Source: Chloroflexota bacterium
Lineage (GTDB): Bacteria; Chloroflexota; Anaerolineae; Anaerolineales; Villigracilaceae
Length of the DNA: 64,000 bases
Direction of reading: 5' to 3'
NCBI GenBank assembly: GCA_013388795.1
Contig: JACAEP010000072.1
Span: 1,556 to 65,555 of the forward strand
Below, in pieces: positions 37,577-47,411 of this stretch. Made by a program: the position numbers and the translations under genes. How positions within the stretch are numbered: position 1 is the first letter of the stretch; the number at the start of each line of letters is the position of its first letter. The notes under the pieces were generated by a model. That model saw only the letters and a list, made by a program, of their open reading frames with translations, was not told the origin of the DNA and searched no databases.

Positions 37577-38535
37577 CCCTTGCCCTTTGTTGTCTCGAAT
37601 GACCCGCCGGGAACGGGAGTTGCATTGACAATATCTTGAATGATTCGATCTGAACTTAAATCACGCAGACGAGCCGCAGCGCTAACGATAATACGATGCG
37701 CCAGCACAGACACCGCCAGAGCCTTGATATCCTCTGGCAGGACATACTCACGCCCATGCAGGGCAGCGCGCGCCTGCCCCGCCTTTGCCAGGAATAGACT
37801 GCCGCGCGGACTGGAACCCAGATATACATCCTGACTTTGGCGCGTACGCGCGCTCAATTCCACAATATAACGTTTGACTGCATCAGAAATGAATATCCGC
37901 CGGACAGCGTCGCTCATTTGCAAAACGTCCGCGCCTGAAGCAATCGAAGTCAGCGTCGCAAGCGGGTGCTGAAGCTGTTGATCTCCCATGATGCGCATCT
38001 CGTCATTGATGTTGGGATATCCCAAGCGCATCCGTAAAAGAAAGCGGTCCAGCTGCGCTTCGGGTAATGGAAAGGTGCCTTCATACTCAATTGGATTCTG
38101 GGTGGCAAGCACAATGTAAGGCTTGGGCATGGAATGAGTCACTCCATCCACGGTTACCTGCCGTTCTTCCATCGCTTCCAGCAACGCCGCTTGTGTTTTC
38201 GGTGTGGCGCGGTTGATCTCATCTGCAAGGATGACCTGCCCAATGATCGGGCCCGGGCGAAATTCAAAGGAGTTTTTTTGCTGGTTGTAAATTGAAACGC
38301 CGGTTACATCGCTGGGGAGCATGTCCGGCGTGAACTGAATACGGTTGAAAACGCAGTCTAATGACCGAGCCAGGCCGCGAGCCAGCATGGTTTTCCCAAC
38401 ACCGGGGACGTCTTCAATAAGAATATGTCCCTGACATAAAAGACCGACCACGACGAGTTCCAAAGATTGTCGTTTTCCTACAATCACTTTCTCCAAGTTT
38501 TCGATAATTTGCTCGCCAAACGTTTTTACATCCAT
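37573..38535 (-). CDS. MoxR-family AAA+ ATPase
   Basis: EDVPGVGKT, RIQFTPD, DEINRA, ATQNPIE, LPEAQLDRF. Confidence 0.93.
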   Translation of the reverse strand: MDVKTFGEQIIENLEKVIVGKRQSLELVVVGLLCQGHILIEDVPGVGKTMLARGLARSLDCVFNRIQFTPDMLPSDVTGVSIYNQQKNSFEFRPGPIIGQVILADEINRATPKTQAALLEAMEERQVTVDGVTHSMPKPYIVLATQNPIEYEGTFPLPEAQLDRFLLRMRLGYPNINDEMRIMGDQQLQHPLATLTSIASGADVLQMSDAVRRIFISDAVKRYIVELSARTRQSQDVYLGSSPRGSLFLAKAGQARAALHGREYVLPEDIKALAVSVLAHRIIVSAAARLRDLSSDRIIQDIVNATPVPGGSFETTKGKG

Positions 38536-38649
38536 CCGTCCATAATTCCTTTCAAGAAAGATGAGTAAGATTCTATCATGCCGTCTCTGCCCGGTTTGAT
38601 AAAAAAAAACCCGCCCTAATACTTTAGGACGGGGTTTTCCATCAACCAG

Positions 38650-41064
38650 CTACTTCTTTTTGGCGGTTTTCTTCTTGCTGGATGCTTTTTTGGGAGCATC
38701 ACCGCCAACGCCGCTTATACTTGCGCTCATATTGGGAGCCGGAGCCTTGGAACGCATCACTGCCCAGGCGAGAACTCCGATTAGGGCGATTGCAACAACC
38801 CAAACGATGACAAGAGTCGCACCCGCCGCGCCCTGGAACTGCACCACAATCGGAGCGATGATCACAGCCACGAGGTTAACAACTTTGATCATTGGGTTGA
38901 GAGCGGGGCCAGCCGTATCTTTGAAGGGATCGCCCACAGTATCACCCACCACGCCAGCCTTATGGCGTTCGGAGCCCTTGCCGAGATTCTTTTCCGGGTC
39001 TTTGGGTTCGTCTTCGATCAACTTTTTGGCATTGTCCCATGCGCCGCCGGAATTATTAAGGAAGACTGCCAGCAACTGACCTGAGACGATGATGCCCGCC
39101 AAAAAGCCGCCGAGGGCTTCCACGTCCAGGAGCAGGCCAACGACAATCGGGGTTACGATGCCAAGCAAGGCAAGAGAAACCAGTTCCTTTTGAGCCGCAC
39201 TGGTCGAAATGCTGACCGCCTGAGCGTAATCAGGTTTGGTCTTGCCTTCCAACACACCGAGCTTGAACTGGCGGCGAACTTCAAGCACGATCAACGAAGC
39301 GGCGCGAGCCACAGCCTGAATGGCAAAGGAAGAGAACAACCACGGCAAAGCGCCGCCGAGCAGCATCCCCACGAACACCTGCGGGATATCCACGCGGATG
39401 CCGAGCGCCTGAATTTGCTCCAAAACAGGAATGCCAAGACTCGCTTGTGCGCGGGAAACATCCACAAGGAAGGAACCAAACAATGAGACCGCAGCAATGA
39501 CCGCTGAACCAATTGCAACGCCTTTTGTAATGGCTTTGGTCGTGTTCCCCACCGCATCAAGATCCGCCATGATCTGTTGAGCGCGCTTGGTGTCTTTATC
39601 GGTCTTGCCAGACCAAGACATTTCGCCGATGCCGTTGGCGTTATCTGCAATTGGACCGAAGGAGTCCATCGCCACGTTGTTGCCAGTCAGGGTCAACATG
39701 CCGATGCCGGTCATGGCGACGCCATACAAGATGAAAGTGGCATTCGCGGTAGGGTCAGAGGAGATGCCGCCAAAAATAAAGATCGAGGCGATGATGGTTA
39801 AAGCAATCACAACCACTGACCAAACAGACGACTCGAACCCCACCGAAACGCCGTTCAAAATCAAGGTGGCTGGCCCCGTATCGGCAGCTTTTTTGATGTC
39901 GTTAACAGGCGCGGCATGCGTGCCTGTAAAATACTCCGTCAGGCGGTCAATCAAAATCGCCAGCAGCACGCCAGCTGCTACCGCTGCAGGCATGCGCCAC
40001 CAGCCGCCCCATTTATCCATGGCAGGGGTATTGAGATAAAAGAAGCCAGCCGCGGCAAACATGATCACAGAGATGATGGCGGATGTGATAAAGCCGCTGA
40101 AGATTGCTTTCATCGCGTCTTCACTGCGGCCCGTCTCACCGCCTTTAACAAAATACGTGCCAAAGATGGAAGAAAGCACGCCGATACCGCGTACCATCAA
40201 GGGGAAGACAATCCACTCCAGGCGGCCTGTGATGTGCCAAAGCGCCAAACCCAGAATCAAGCCGGAAACAATGGTCACTTCATAGGACTCAAAGATATCC
40301 GCTGCCATACCAGCACAGTCCCCAACGTTGTCGCCCACCAGATCTGCCACTACAGCCGGATTGCGCGGATCATCCTCAGGGATGCCTGCTTCGACCTTAC
40401 CAACCAGGTCCGCGCCGACATCGGCAGCCTTGGTGAAGATACCGCCGCCCACGCGCATGAACAACGCAAGCAACGTTCCGCCAAAACCAAAGCCCAGCAG
40501 CGCATCTGGAGCCGCAATGCCAAGAATGATAAAGATGATAGTCCCACCAAGCAGACCAAGACCATCCGTCAACATGCCTGTGATGGTGCCGGCCCGATAG
40601 GCGATCCGAAGCGCATCACCAAAAGACTTCTTGGATGCCGCCGCCACGCGGACGTTACCTTCCACCGCCATACGCATACCAATCTGACCGACCATCAGCG
40701 AGAAACCAGCCCCCATGACGAATGCGACGGCGCGCGCAATACCGATCCAGAAACGGATCAATCCTTCATCCATGCCTTCAAAGCGTTCAAGCGCCTCAGG
40801 GGTTGGTGGAACTACATACACGGAAAGGAACAAGGCGATAGTGAGAATACCGATCAAGGGAAGAATCGAGCGCAACTGCTTTTGCAAATAAGCATTTGCG
40901 CCATCCTTGATGGCGCCCCAAACCTCCTGCATTTTTTCCGAGCCCTTATCCTCGCGCAGGATCTGGGAACGTAAAAAAATCGCGTATCCAAGCCCAAGCC
41001 ATGCAACGGCAAAAACGGCCCAAATCGCGATCTGTTCAAAACTGGTCAATCCCATTGTGAACAT
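38650..41064 (-). CDS. hppA: Membrane-bound pyrophosphatase, K+-independent type
   Basis: DVGADLVGKVE, DLVGDNVGD, GGAWDNAKK, DTVGDPFKDTAGP; GNTTKA carries the Lys diagnostic of K+-independence. Confidence 0.93.
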   Translation of the reverse strand: MFTMGLTSFEQIAIWAVFAVAWLGLGYAIFLRSQILREDKGSEKMQEVWGAIKDGANAYLQKQLRSILPLIGILTIALFLSVYVVPPTPEALERFEGMDEGLIRFWIGIARAVAFVMGAGFSLMVGQIGMRMAVEGNVRVAAASKKSFGDALRIAYRAGTITGMLTDGLGLLGGTIIFIILGIAAPDALLGFGFGGTLLALFMRVGGGIFTKAADVGADLVGKVEAGIPEDDPRNPAVVADLVGDNVGDCAGMAADIFESYEVTIVSGLILGLALWHITGRLEWIVFPLMVRGIGVLSSIFGTYFVKGGETGRSEDAMKAIFSGFITSAIISVIMFAAAGFFYLNTPAMDKWGGWWRMPAAVAAGVLLAILIDRLTEYFTGTHAAPVNDIKKAADTGPATLILNGVSVGFESSVWSVVVIALTIIASIFIFGGISSDPTANATFILYGVAMTGIGMLTLTGNNVAMDSFGPIADNANGIGEMSWSGKTDKDTKRAQQIMADLDAVGNTTKAITKGVAIGSAVIAAVSLFGSFLVDVSRAQASLGIPVLEQIQALGIRVDIPQVFVGMLLGGALPWLFSSFAIQAVARAASLIVLEVRRQFKLGVLEGKTKPDYAQAVSISTSAAQKELVSLALLGIVTPIVVGLLLDVEALGGFLAGIIVSGQLLAVFLNNSGGAWDNAKKLIEDEPKDPEKNLGKGSERHKAGVVGDTVGDPFKDTAGPALNPMIKVVNLVAVIIAPIVVQFQGAAGATLVIVWVVAIALIGVLAWAVMRSKAPAPNMSASISGVGGDAPKKASSKKKTAKKK

Positions 41065-41256
41065 GAAAGGGTACTCCTCCTAGAGAGATGAAAAAATAAA
41101 GGCTTTCGCCTTTTAAGCAGAGGGATTTTACAGTCGCACACTATTTGTGTCAAGAAAATGAGTTTGGATTAATTTTCATATAGAAAAAGTTGACAGCCCC
41201 ATCCAAACCTGATAACATTCATCAAAATTAGATGATCTATTCTAAGGAGAAAACAA

Positions 41257-41664
41257 ATGCTCCAGGAAATCAATACTCAGCTTTTTACTCTGACACCCGC
41301 CGCAAGTGAAGCCGTAAAGAATATCTTGGCTGAACGCAAATTGGATGGGTATGCGTTGCGTGTGTATGTTGCCGGGGGCGGTTGCTGCGGCGTGAACTTT
41401 GGCATGGCGCTCGACAACAATATCCGCGATGTAGATACCACCTTTGAAGCCGATGGCGTCAGGGTTGTTGTGGACGAGGTCTCCATCGACTACTTGCGCG
41501 ATGCCACGGTGGATTTTGTCAACGACCCAATGCGAGGCGCCGGTTTTGCAGTGAACAGCCCAAGCGCCAACGCCAAGTCCGGTGGAAACTGTGCGTGTGG
41601 ATCGCACGGACATGAATCCAAAAGCTCATGCGGCTGCGGGGGGGCATGTTCCTGCAATAATTAA
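41257..41664 (+). CDS. HesB/IscA A-type Fe-S carrier with Cys-rich tail
   Basis: LTPAA, LRVYVAGGGCCG, GF...P, CACGS. Confidence 0.88.
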   Translation: MLQEINTQLFTLTPAASEAVKNILAERKLDGYALRVYVAGGGCCGVNFGMALDNNIRDVDTTFEADGVRVVVDEVSIDYLRDATVDFVNDPMRGAGFAVNSPSANAKSGGNCACGSHGHESKSSCGCGGACSCNN

Positions 41665-41684
41665 CAAGTTGCAAAATCAGAAAA

Positions 41685-41731
41685 AAAACATCACTCACCC
41701 AAAGTTTAGTTTCGTGGGTGAGTGATGTTTT
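41685..41731. terminator. Bidirectional terminator
   Basis: AAAACATCACTCACCC/GGGTGAGTGATGTTTT between convergent genes. Confidence 0.75.
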
Positions 41732-41751
41732 AATGGCAAGTGAGAGAAAAA

Positions 41752-42372
41752 TCATCTTCCTCTTAGGAAAGAAATCAAAGTACCAAACCCGCCAAGAAAC
41801 CCAAGGATGATGATGAATAATCCAACCGGGACCCGATTTGCAGACTCAAGATTTGGCAGGAATGTTGGCACCACCAATTCGGGCGGCGGCGTAAAGGTGG
41901 GTAAACGGGTCGGTGTAACGGGGTCAATGAATGCAGCGGCAAGGGTAGGGTCAATCGTTGGAGTGGAGACAGGCGTGGGTGTGTCTGGAGCCGCAACTCT
42001 GGGTAAGCGACCGGTCTTGATGATGGTTACATACGGTCCATAAACCCATGCCAGGGAGTCAGGAATTCCAGGATAATAGACCTGGATCCAGTTCCCGTCT
42101 TCCGATATTCCAAACGCGGGAACCTCCTGTCCTTTCAGCAAAACGCCGACAGGCGGGTAGAGATAGGAACTTGGGCCCGAATAAACATTGATAGTTTCAA
42201 TGTCGAAATTAACACGCACAATCATGCCGGTTGGCGTTCCGGTCACAGTTGGCACGGAACCGGTTGGCTGTTGAGCAATGATTTTTGTTTCTTTGGGAAC
42301 ATACAGGGCAGTGACGAGCGCGAGCGCCGTCAGCGCCAAAAATACGAAAAGTCGCTTTTGAAATGAGAGCAT
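41752..42372 (-). CDS. SH3b-like surface protein with C-terminal TM
   Basis: INVYSGPSSYLYPPVGVL, WIQVYY, WVYG; PT linker; TM then RGR. Confidence 0.75.
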   Translation of the reverse strand: MLSFQKRLFVFLALTALALVTALYVPKETKIIAQQPTGSVPTVTGTPTGMIVRVNFDIETINVYSGPSSYLYPPVGVLLKGQEVPAFGISEDGNWIQVYYPGIPDSLAWVYGPYVTIIKTGRLPRVAAPDTPTPVSTPTIDPTLAAAFIDPVTPTRLPTFTPPPELVVPTFLPNLESANRVPVGLFIIILGFLGGFGTLISFLRGR

Positions 42373-42379
42373 TAAGAGT

Positions 42380-42988
42380 TTACCTGCGAAGGAGGGAAAG
42401 CAGAAACCCGGTGATACCCAAAACCCCAAAAGCAATAATCATGGAAGCCCAAGGAATTCCTGCCAGCACAGGCGGAGACGGTTCATAATCAAAGCCAACC
42501 AGGGTGGGAGGAGGCGTAAAAGTAGGCAGGCGGGTACTGGTGGGAATGACGATGAATTGCGCGGCAAGCGTTGGGTCGATGGTTGAGGTCGCCGGTGGAA
42601 CGGGGGTAGGTGGAGGTTCCATGATCTGCAATGTGACTCCAGCGGGTGAAACTTGAACCAACGGAGAATAAACCCAGCCGCGCCCATTGGGGGCCGATGG
42701 AAACTCGATCTGAATCCAATCACCGCCGGGGGAGCGCCCAAAGACGGGGGCAGTTGCCCCTCTAAGGAGAATACCTACGACCGGATAAACGGTTGAGCTG
42801 GGCCCAAGGCGAACATTGATCTGCGGCTCTTCCGTGATAACAGTAATAAAGACGCCAGATGCGGCAGCGGAAGTTTGTGTGGGTTGTTGAGCCAGCACAA
42901 AGGTTGAAGAAGAGGCGGGCGCTGTCGCAAATAAAGCAAGCAAGACGGATAACGTCCAAAGCAGGAGTTGAAACTGAATTTTGTTCAT
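42380..42988 (-). CDS. SH3b-like surface protein with C-terminal TM (tandem paralogue)
   Basis: INVRLGPSSTVYPVVG, GDWIQI, GWVYS; shares TIDPTLAA.F and TRLPTFTPP with its neighbour. Confidence 0.75.
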   Translation of the reverse strand: MNKIQFQLLLWTLSVLLALFATAPASSSTFVLAQQPTQTSAAASGVFITVITEEPQINVRLGPSSTVYPVVGILLRGATAPVFGRSPGGDWIQIEFPSAPNGRGWVYSPLVQVSPAGVTLQIMEPPPTPVPPATSTIDPTLAAQFIVIPTSTRLPTFTPPPTLVGFDYEPSPPVLAGIPWASMIIAFGVLGITGFLLSLLRR

Positions 42989-43036
42989 TTCGTAAAAGTA
43001 TAAAAGGAGAATCGTAAAGGCGATTATAATCGAGTT

Positions 43037-43621
43037 ATGGAACGAAAAATCTTTCACGGGAAGCTAAAACCCATGGATGTGGCACAGGCGATGGTTGCAG
43101 AATTTAACCGGGGAAATATGCGCGCGCAAGTCCTGGGGAAAAGCGACAAGGTTGTTGTGCAAGTGGGTACAAGACCAGATGCCATGTCTGGCGGGCAGAC
43201 GGCGATGACCATTACAATTCAGTCGCTTGAAGAAGGTATTATGGTGGAATTGGGTCAGCAGGCTTGGCTTGGTGTGGCAGCGAGTTTGGGAATGAGCGCC
43301 CTTGCGGCAATCAAGAATCCGTTTAGCCTATTGGGCAGACTGGATGATATTGCACAAGATATTGAAAACCTGCAATTGAGTGAAAGGGTCTGGCAGGTGA
43401 TATCGCAAGCCGCGCGTGCGGCGGGCGCTTCGGCTGAACTGTCTGAAAATCTTAAACGTACCACATGCGAATATTGTCATGTGGCTAATCCGGTGGGTGC
43501 GCCTTCCTGCCATGCTTGTGGTGCGCCGCTTGGAAAGGTTCAACCGGATACATGCCGTCATTGCGGCTTTGTGGTAAAACCGGGCACAAAGACCTGTCCG
43601 AACTGCACACAGCCTTTATAG
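43037..43621 (+). CDS. Protein with C-terminal double zinc ribbons
   Basis: Four CxxC pairs: CEYC, CHAC, CRHC, CPNC. Confidence 0.8.
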   Translation: MERKIFHGKLKPMDVAQAMVAEFNRGNMRAQVLGKSDKVVVQVGTRPDAMSGGQTAMTITIQSLEEGIMVELGQQAWLGVAASLGMSALAAIKNPFSLLGRLDDIAQDIENLQLSERVWQVISQAARAAGASAELSENLKRTTCEYCHVANPVGAPSCHACGAPLGKVQPDTCRHCGFVVKPGTKTCPNCTQPL

Positions 43622-43635
43622 AATCTCTGAATACT

Positions 43636-44457
43636 ATGAACTTTCGTGAAATTGAGGCTCGCCTTCAAAATCTCATAGAAGTTGAGTTGCTAAAAGTCCT
43701 GCCTGGCAAAAAGATGGAGGCGGTGCTTGTTCAAAAATTGGCAGCCGCCATACAACAGAATAGTGCAAATTCCAGCTGCGAGACGACAATACCAGATGTC
43801 TATACGCTTATTTTAAGTCCTGAAACTGCCCAGGAATGGACAGAGCAAGGAATGCTTGCAATCATCTTGCATTCCATCACCACTGTCGCCCATGAAGCTG
43901 GTTTTAAGTTTACAATTGCGCCAACCGTCACCATCAAGACTGATGAAAAAATTGACTCACAGGATGTCGAGATTTTGGCATCCCACCGAATGGAAACCAT
44001 GTCTGAAACAACCGCAACCCCACTTGATACCGGCGGCCTGGACTCAGCAGAAAACCAGATTCCGCCCAATTCCTTCTTGATCGTAGAAGGTGTTAAGATT
44101 TACCCCCTTAACCTGCCTGTTGTGAATATTGGCAGGAGGTTGGACAATCAACTGGTCATTGATGATCCGCGCGTCTCGCGCAATCATGCGCAACTGCGGG
44201 CCATCAAAGGGCGGTTTATTGTGTTTGATCTGAATTCCACCGGCGGGATATTCGTAAACGGGCAGCGGACCAGCCAGAGCGTTTTATATCCAGGGGATGT
44301 CATTTCGCTTGCAGGGGTGGCGCTCATCTTTGGTCAAGATAACCAGCCAAACCACTCAGATGCCGCCGGTACAGAAGCGTATAAAACCCCAACGGCAGAC
44401 CGCCCCACTGTCGTCTTGAGCAGAGATCATTCCACCGCAAAATTCAATAAAAAATGA
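43636..44457 (+). CDS. FhaA-like protein (DUF3662-like + FHA)
   Basis: IGR, DPRVSRNHA, DLNSTGG FHA motifs; N-terminal PDVYTLILSP. Confidence 0.8.
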   Translation: MNFREIEARLQNLIEVELLKVLPGKKMEAVLVQKLAAAIQQNSANSSCETTIPDVYTLILSPETAQEWTEQGMLAIILHSITTVAHEAGFKFTIAPTVTIKTDEKIDSQDVEILASHRMETMSETTATPLDTGGLDSAENQIPPNSFLIVEGVKIYPLNLPVVNIGRRLDNQLVIDDPRVSRNHAQLRAIKGRFIVFDLNSTGGIFVNGQRTSQSVLYPGDVISLAGVALIFGQDNQPNHSDAAGTEAYKTPTADRPTVVLSRDHSTAKFNKK

Positions 44458-44936
44458 GCGGCATTGTTGTCCTGACGCTGAGGATATTAACAGCCCTGGC
44501 ATTGTATGGATTCCTCGGTTGGGTGTTGATGTTCCTCTATCGAGAGGTACAACGTCAAGGGAACATCCTGATCAGCCGCCGTGTGCCCGGAATCAGTATC
44601 ATGATCCGCCCTGCCGGGCAGGCAGGGATATTGCGATACTTCAACCAGACCGAGATCATGATTGGGCGCGACCCCGGCTCAGATATTCCCTTGCAGGATG
44701 AGACCATCTCAGCGCGACACGCACACCTGACGTATCACCATAACCAATGGTGGCTGGAAGACCTCGCCTCCACAAACGGAACACGCCTCAATGGCATTCC
44801 CATCACCCTCCCAACCGTTATTACCTCTGGCGATGAAATTCAATGCGGCGGCGCGGCGCTATCCATCAGTTTATCTGAAAATGTGATCATTGAATCCACC
44901 CAGCGCCTCAGAAAAAAAACCTCAAGCAAAACCTAA
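44454..44936 (+). CDS. FhaB-like membrane-anchored FHA protein
   Basis: N-terminal TM; IGR, ISARHA, EDLASTNGT. Confidence 0.85.
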   Translation: MSGIVVLTLRILTALALYGFLGWVLMFLYREVQRQGNILISRRVPGISIMIRPAGQAGILRYFNQTEIMIGRDPGSDIPLQDETISARHAHLTYHHNQWWLEDLASTNGTRLNGIPITLPTVITSGDEIQCGGAALSISLSENVIIESTQRLRKKTSSKT

Positions 44937-47359
44937 TGAACGACAAAGCGCAGAGCCAGCTCCTTCGATGGGCGGCGTTTTTCCTCTTCTTGCAAGCCAT
45001 CATCCTCACCCTTGCTCCTGCCGTGCGTGAACGAACCTGGGATGTGGAGTACCGGCTATCCCATTGGGTCGGTTTTTTCGTTTGGGGAATTTTTATGCTG
45101 GCGGCGCATCGCGTTTTATGCAATTATTTACCCGAACGTGACCCGTATATCTTCCCGGCGGCAGCCCTCCTGAGCGGGTGGGGGCTCCTGACCATTTGGC
45201 GGCTCGATGAGAATTTTGGGTTAAAACAAACCATTTGGCTGGGAATCAGTTTTGCGGCGCTGAGTCTGCTTGTGCGTTTTCTGCGCAGCCTCTATTTCCT
45301 TAAGAACTACAAATACCTGTTTCTTGGCAGCGGACTGCTCATCACCGCACTGACTTTATTGCTTGGCGCCAACCCGCTGGGCATTGGTCCAAGGCTATGG
45401 CTCGGCATCGGCGGCATCTACTTTCAGCCTTCCGAACCGCTTAAGGTCCTGCTGGTCATTTATCTCTCCGCCTATCTTGCCGACCGCAGCAATATCCGGT
45501 TGTCATCCATTCCGCTCTTGATCCCAACCCTGATTGTAACGGGGCTGGCGCTGTTACTACTCATCATCCAACGCGACCTCGGCACGGCATCCATCTTTGT
45601 TTTTATCTTCACCATTTTCCTTTTTATCGCCACTGGCAAACGGCGCATCCTGATTGGCGCCAGCGTATTTCTGCTCGCTGTTTTATTACTTGGTTATTTT
45701 TTCATAGACATTATTCAAGTTCGCGTGGTAAGCTGGCTTTCCCCGTGGGATGACCCAACCGGAAATTCATATCAGATCATCCAATCGGCGCTGGCAGTGG
45801 CAAATGGCAGCGTTTTGGGCAGAGGACTGGGAATCGGAAGCCCGCTGTTGGTGCCGGTTGCAATCTCCGACTTCATCTTCTCTGCCATCGCAGAAGAGAC
45901 GGGTCTTATCGGGAGCCTAGGCTTGATTGCCACCATCTGGCTGATCCTTGCCCGAGGCGTGGTGATTGCCCTGCGCGCCCCGGATAATTTTCGGCGATAT
46001 CTGGCAGCGGGTATTTCAACCTACATTGGCGTACAAAGCCTGTTGATCATTGGTGGCAATCTGCGTCTTCTCCCGCTCACGGGTGTGACCCTGCCTTTCG
46101 TCTCGTACGGCGGTTCTTCTCTGCTGACTTCTTTCATCGCGCTGTATCTTCTGCTTAACATCAGCAGCGTGGAAGATGATGAACCTGCCCCATTGCTCGA
46201 CGCAAAGCCATTCAAAATACTCGCCGGTATTTTTGCCGTCGGGCTCGCCGCCTGCGCTCTGACCATTTCCTGGTGGGGGCTCGTCCGCGGAGACAACCTG
46301 CTTGCCCGCACCGACAATCCGCGCCGCGCCATTGCAGACCGCTTCGTCGCCCGGGGCGACCTGATTGATAACAACAACCAGGCGATCAATATTACGTCCG
46401 GGGAAAGCGGCTCATACAGCCGAACCTATCTCTACCCAGACCTCGCCCCTGTGATTGGTTACACACATCCCGTTTATGGTCAGGCAGGGTTAGAAGCAGC
46501 TTTAGATAATTATTTACGAGGTTTACAAGGCAACCCTGCCAGCCTCATTTTGTGGAATCAATTAATCTACGGGACCCCTCCGCCAGGGTTGGATGTGCGC
46601 CTGAGCCTTGACCTGAATTTGCAACAAACGGCAGATGAATTCTTGGCGGGGCATCGCGGCGCCGTTCTTTTGATGAACGCCGAGACTGGTGAAATCCTGG
46701 TCATGGCATCTCACCCCACGTACGACCCGAACCAATTGGATCAAGAGGGCGCCTCGCTTTCACAAGACGAAAATTCTCCATTGCTTAACCGCGCGACGCA
46801 AGGGTTATATCCTGTTGGTAACGCGCTCTTCCCATTAATAGCGGCTCGATTTGGCGCTGAAACTCCAAATACTTCAGATTTACTTGCCTATTATGAAGAA
46901 CTTGGTTTGTTCCGCGCTCCTCTGATTACGCTTCCAGTTACCATCGCAGCGGCGCCTGCTGATCTTGATGATCTGCGCGCCAGCCCGCTGCAGGTGGCGC
47001 TTGCTTCGGCGGCGCTAACCCATCAGGGCATTGTCCCTGCGCCGCGCGTTGCGACTGCCGTCAACACGCTGAAGATGGGATGGGTGGCGCTGCCAGCATT
47101 GGACCAGCCCTGGGAAGCGATTCAAGCCCAGGCGGCGGAAGAGGCGGCGCAGTCCTTCGTGAAACAAGGGAATGCCTATTGGAGTCATGTTGGCATGGGA
47201 CGTATTAATCAAACCGCCGTTACATGGTTGACCGCAGGGACACTGCCCAATTGGCAGGGTACTCCTTTAACGTTGGCGGTGGCGGTGGAAGAAGAAAATC
47301 CATCTTTGGTCGAAAGGGTCGGCAAAGAGTTGTTTGATGCGGTGTTGAACCAGCAATAA
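44936..47359 (+). CDS. RodA/FtsW (SEDS) protein fused to degenerate PbpA-like domain
   Basis: QPSE, QRDLG, SDFIFS, PLTGVTLPFVSYGGSS; then RGDL, GLEAALD, TGEILVMASHPTYDPN, LNRATQGLYPVGNALF. Confidence 0.88.
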   Translation: MNDKAQSQLLRWAAFFLFLQAIILTLAPAVRERTWDVEYRLSHWVGFFVWGIFMLAAHRVLCNYLPERDPYIFPAAALLSGWGLLTIWRLDENFGLKQTIWLGISFAALSLLVRFLRSLYFLKNYKYLFLGSGLLITALTLLLGANPLGIGPRLWLGIGGIYFQPSEPLKVLLVIYLSAYLADRSNIRLSSIPLLIPTLIVTGLALLLLIIQRDLGTASIFVFIFTIFLFIATGKRRILIGASVFLLAVLLLGYFFIDIIQVRVVSWLSPWDDPTGNSYQIIQSALAVANGSVLGRGLGIGSPLLVPVAISDFIFSAIAEETGLIGSLGLIATIWLILARGVVIALRAPDNFRRYLAAGISTYIGVQSLLIIGGNLRLLPLTGVTLPFVSYGGSSLLTSFIALYLLLNISSVEDDEPAPLLDAKPFKILAGIFAVGLAACALTISWWGLVRGDNLLARTDNPRRAIADRFVARGDLIDNNNQAINITSGESGSYSRTYLYPDLAPVIGYTHPVYGQAGLEAALDNYLRGLQGNPASLILWNQLIYGTPPPGLDVRLSLDLNLQQTADEFLAGHRGAVLLMNAETGEILVMASHPTYDPNQLDQEGASLSQDENSPLLNRATQGLYPVGNALFPLIAARFGAETPNTSDLLAYYEELGLFRAPLITLPVTIAAAPADLDDLRASPLQVALASAALTHQGIVPAPRVATAVNTLKMGWVALPALDQPWEAIQAQAAEEAAQSFVKQGNAYWSHVGMGRINQTAVTWLTAGTLPNWQGTPLTLAVAVEEENPSLVERVGKELFDAVLNQQ

Positions 47360-47394
47360 AAAAAGCCGGAACTGACATCCGGCTTTTTTATTGC
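47353..47394. terminator. Bidirectional terminator
   Basis: AAAAAAGCCGGA/TCCGGCTTTTTT. Confidence 0.8.
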
Positions 47395-47411
47395 AGAGTT
47401 TGTTTTCAGGG

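Noticed and set aside
39916-40974. 352-aa + strand ORF
   Set aside because: Antisense shadow of hppA with no recognisable motifs; the same applies to 20465..21130, 24175..24879, 33919..34566 and 62548..63240.
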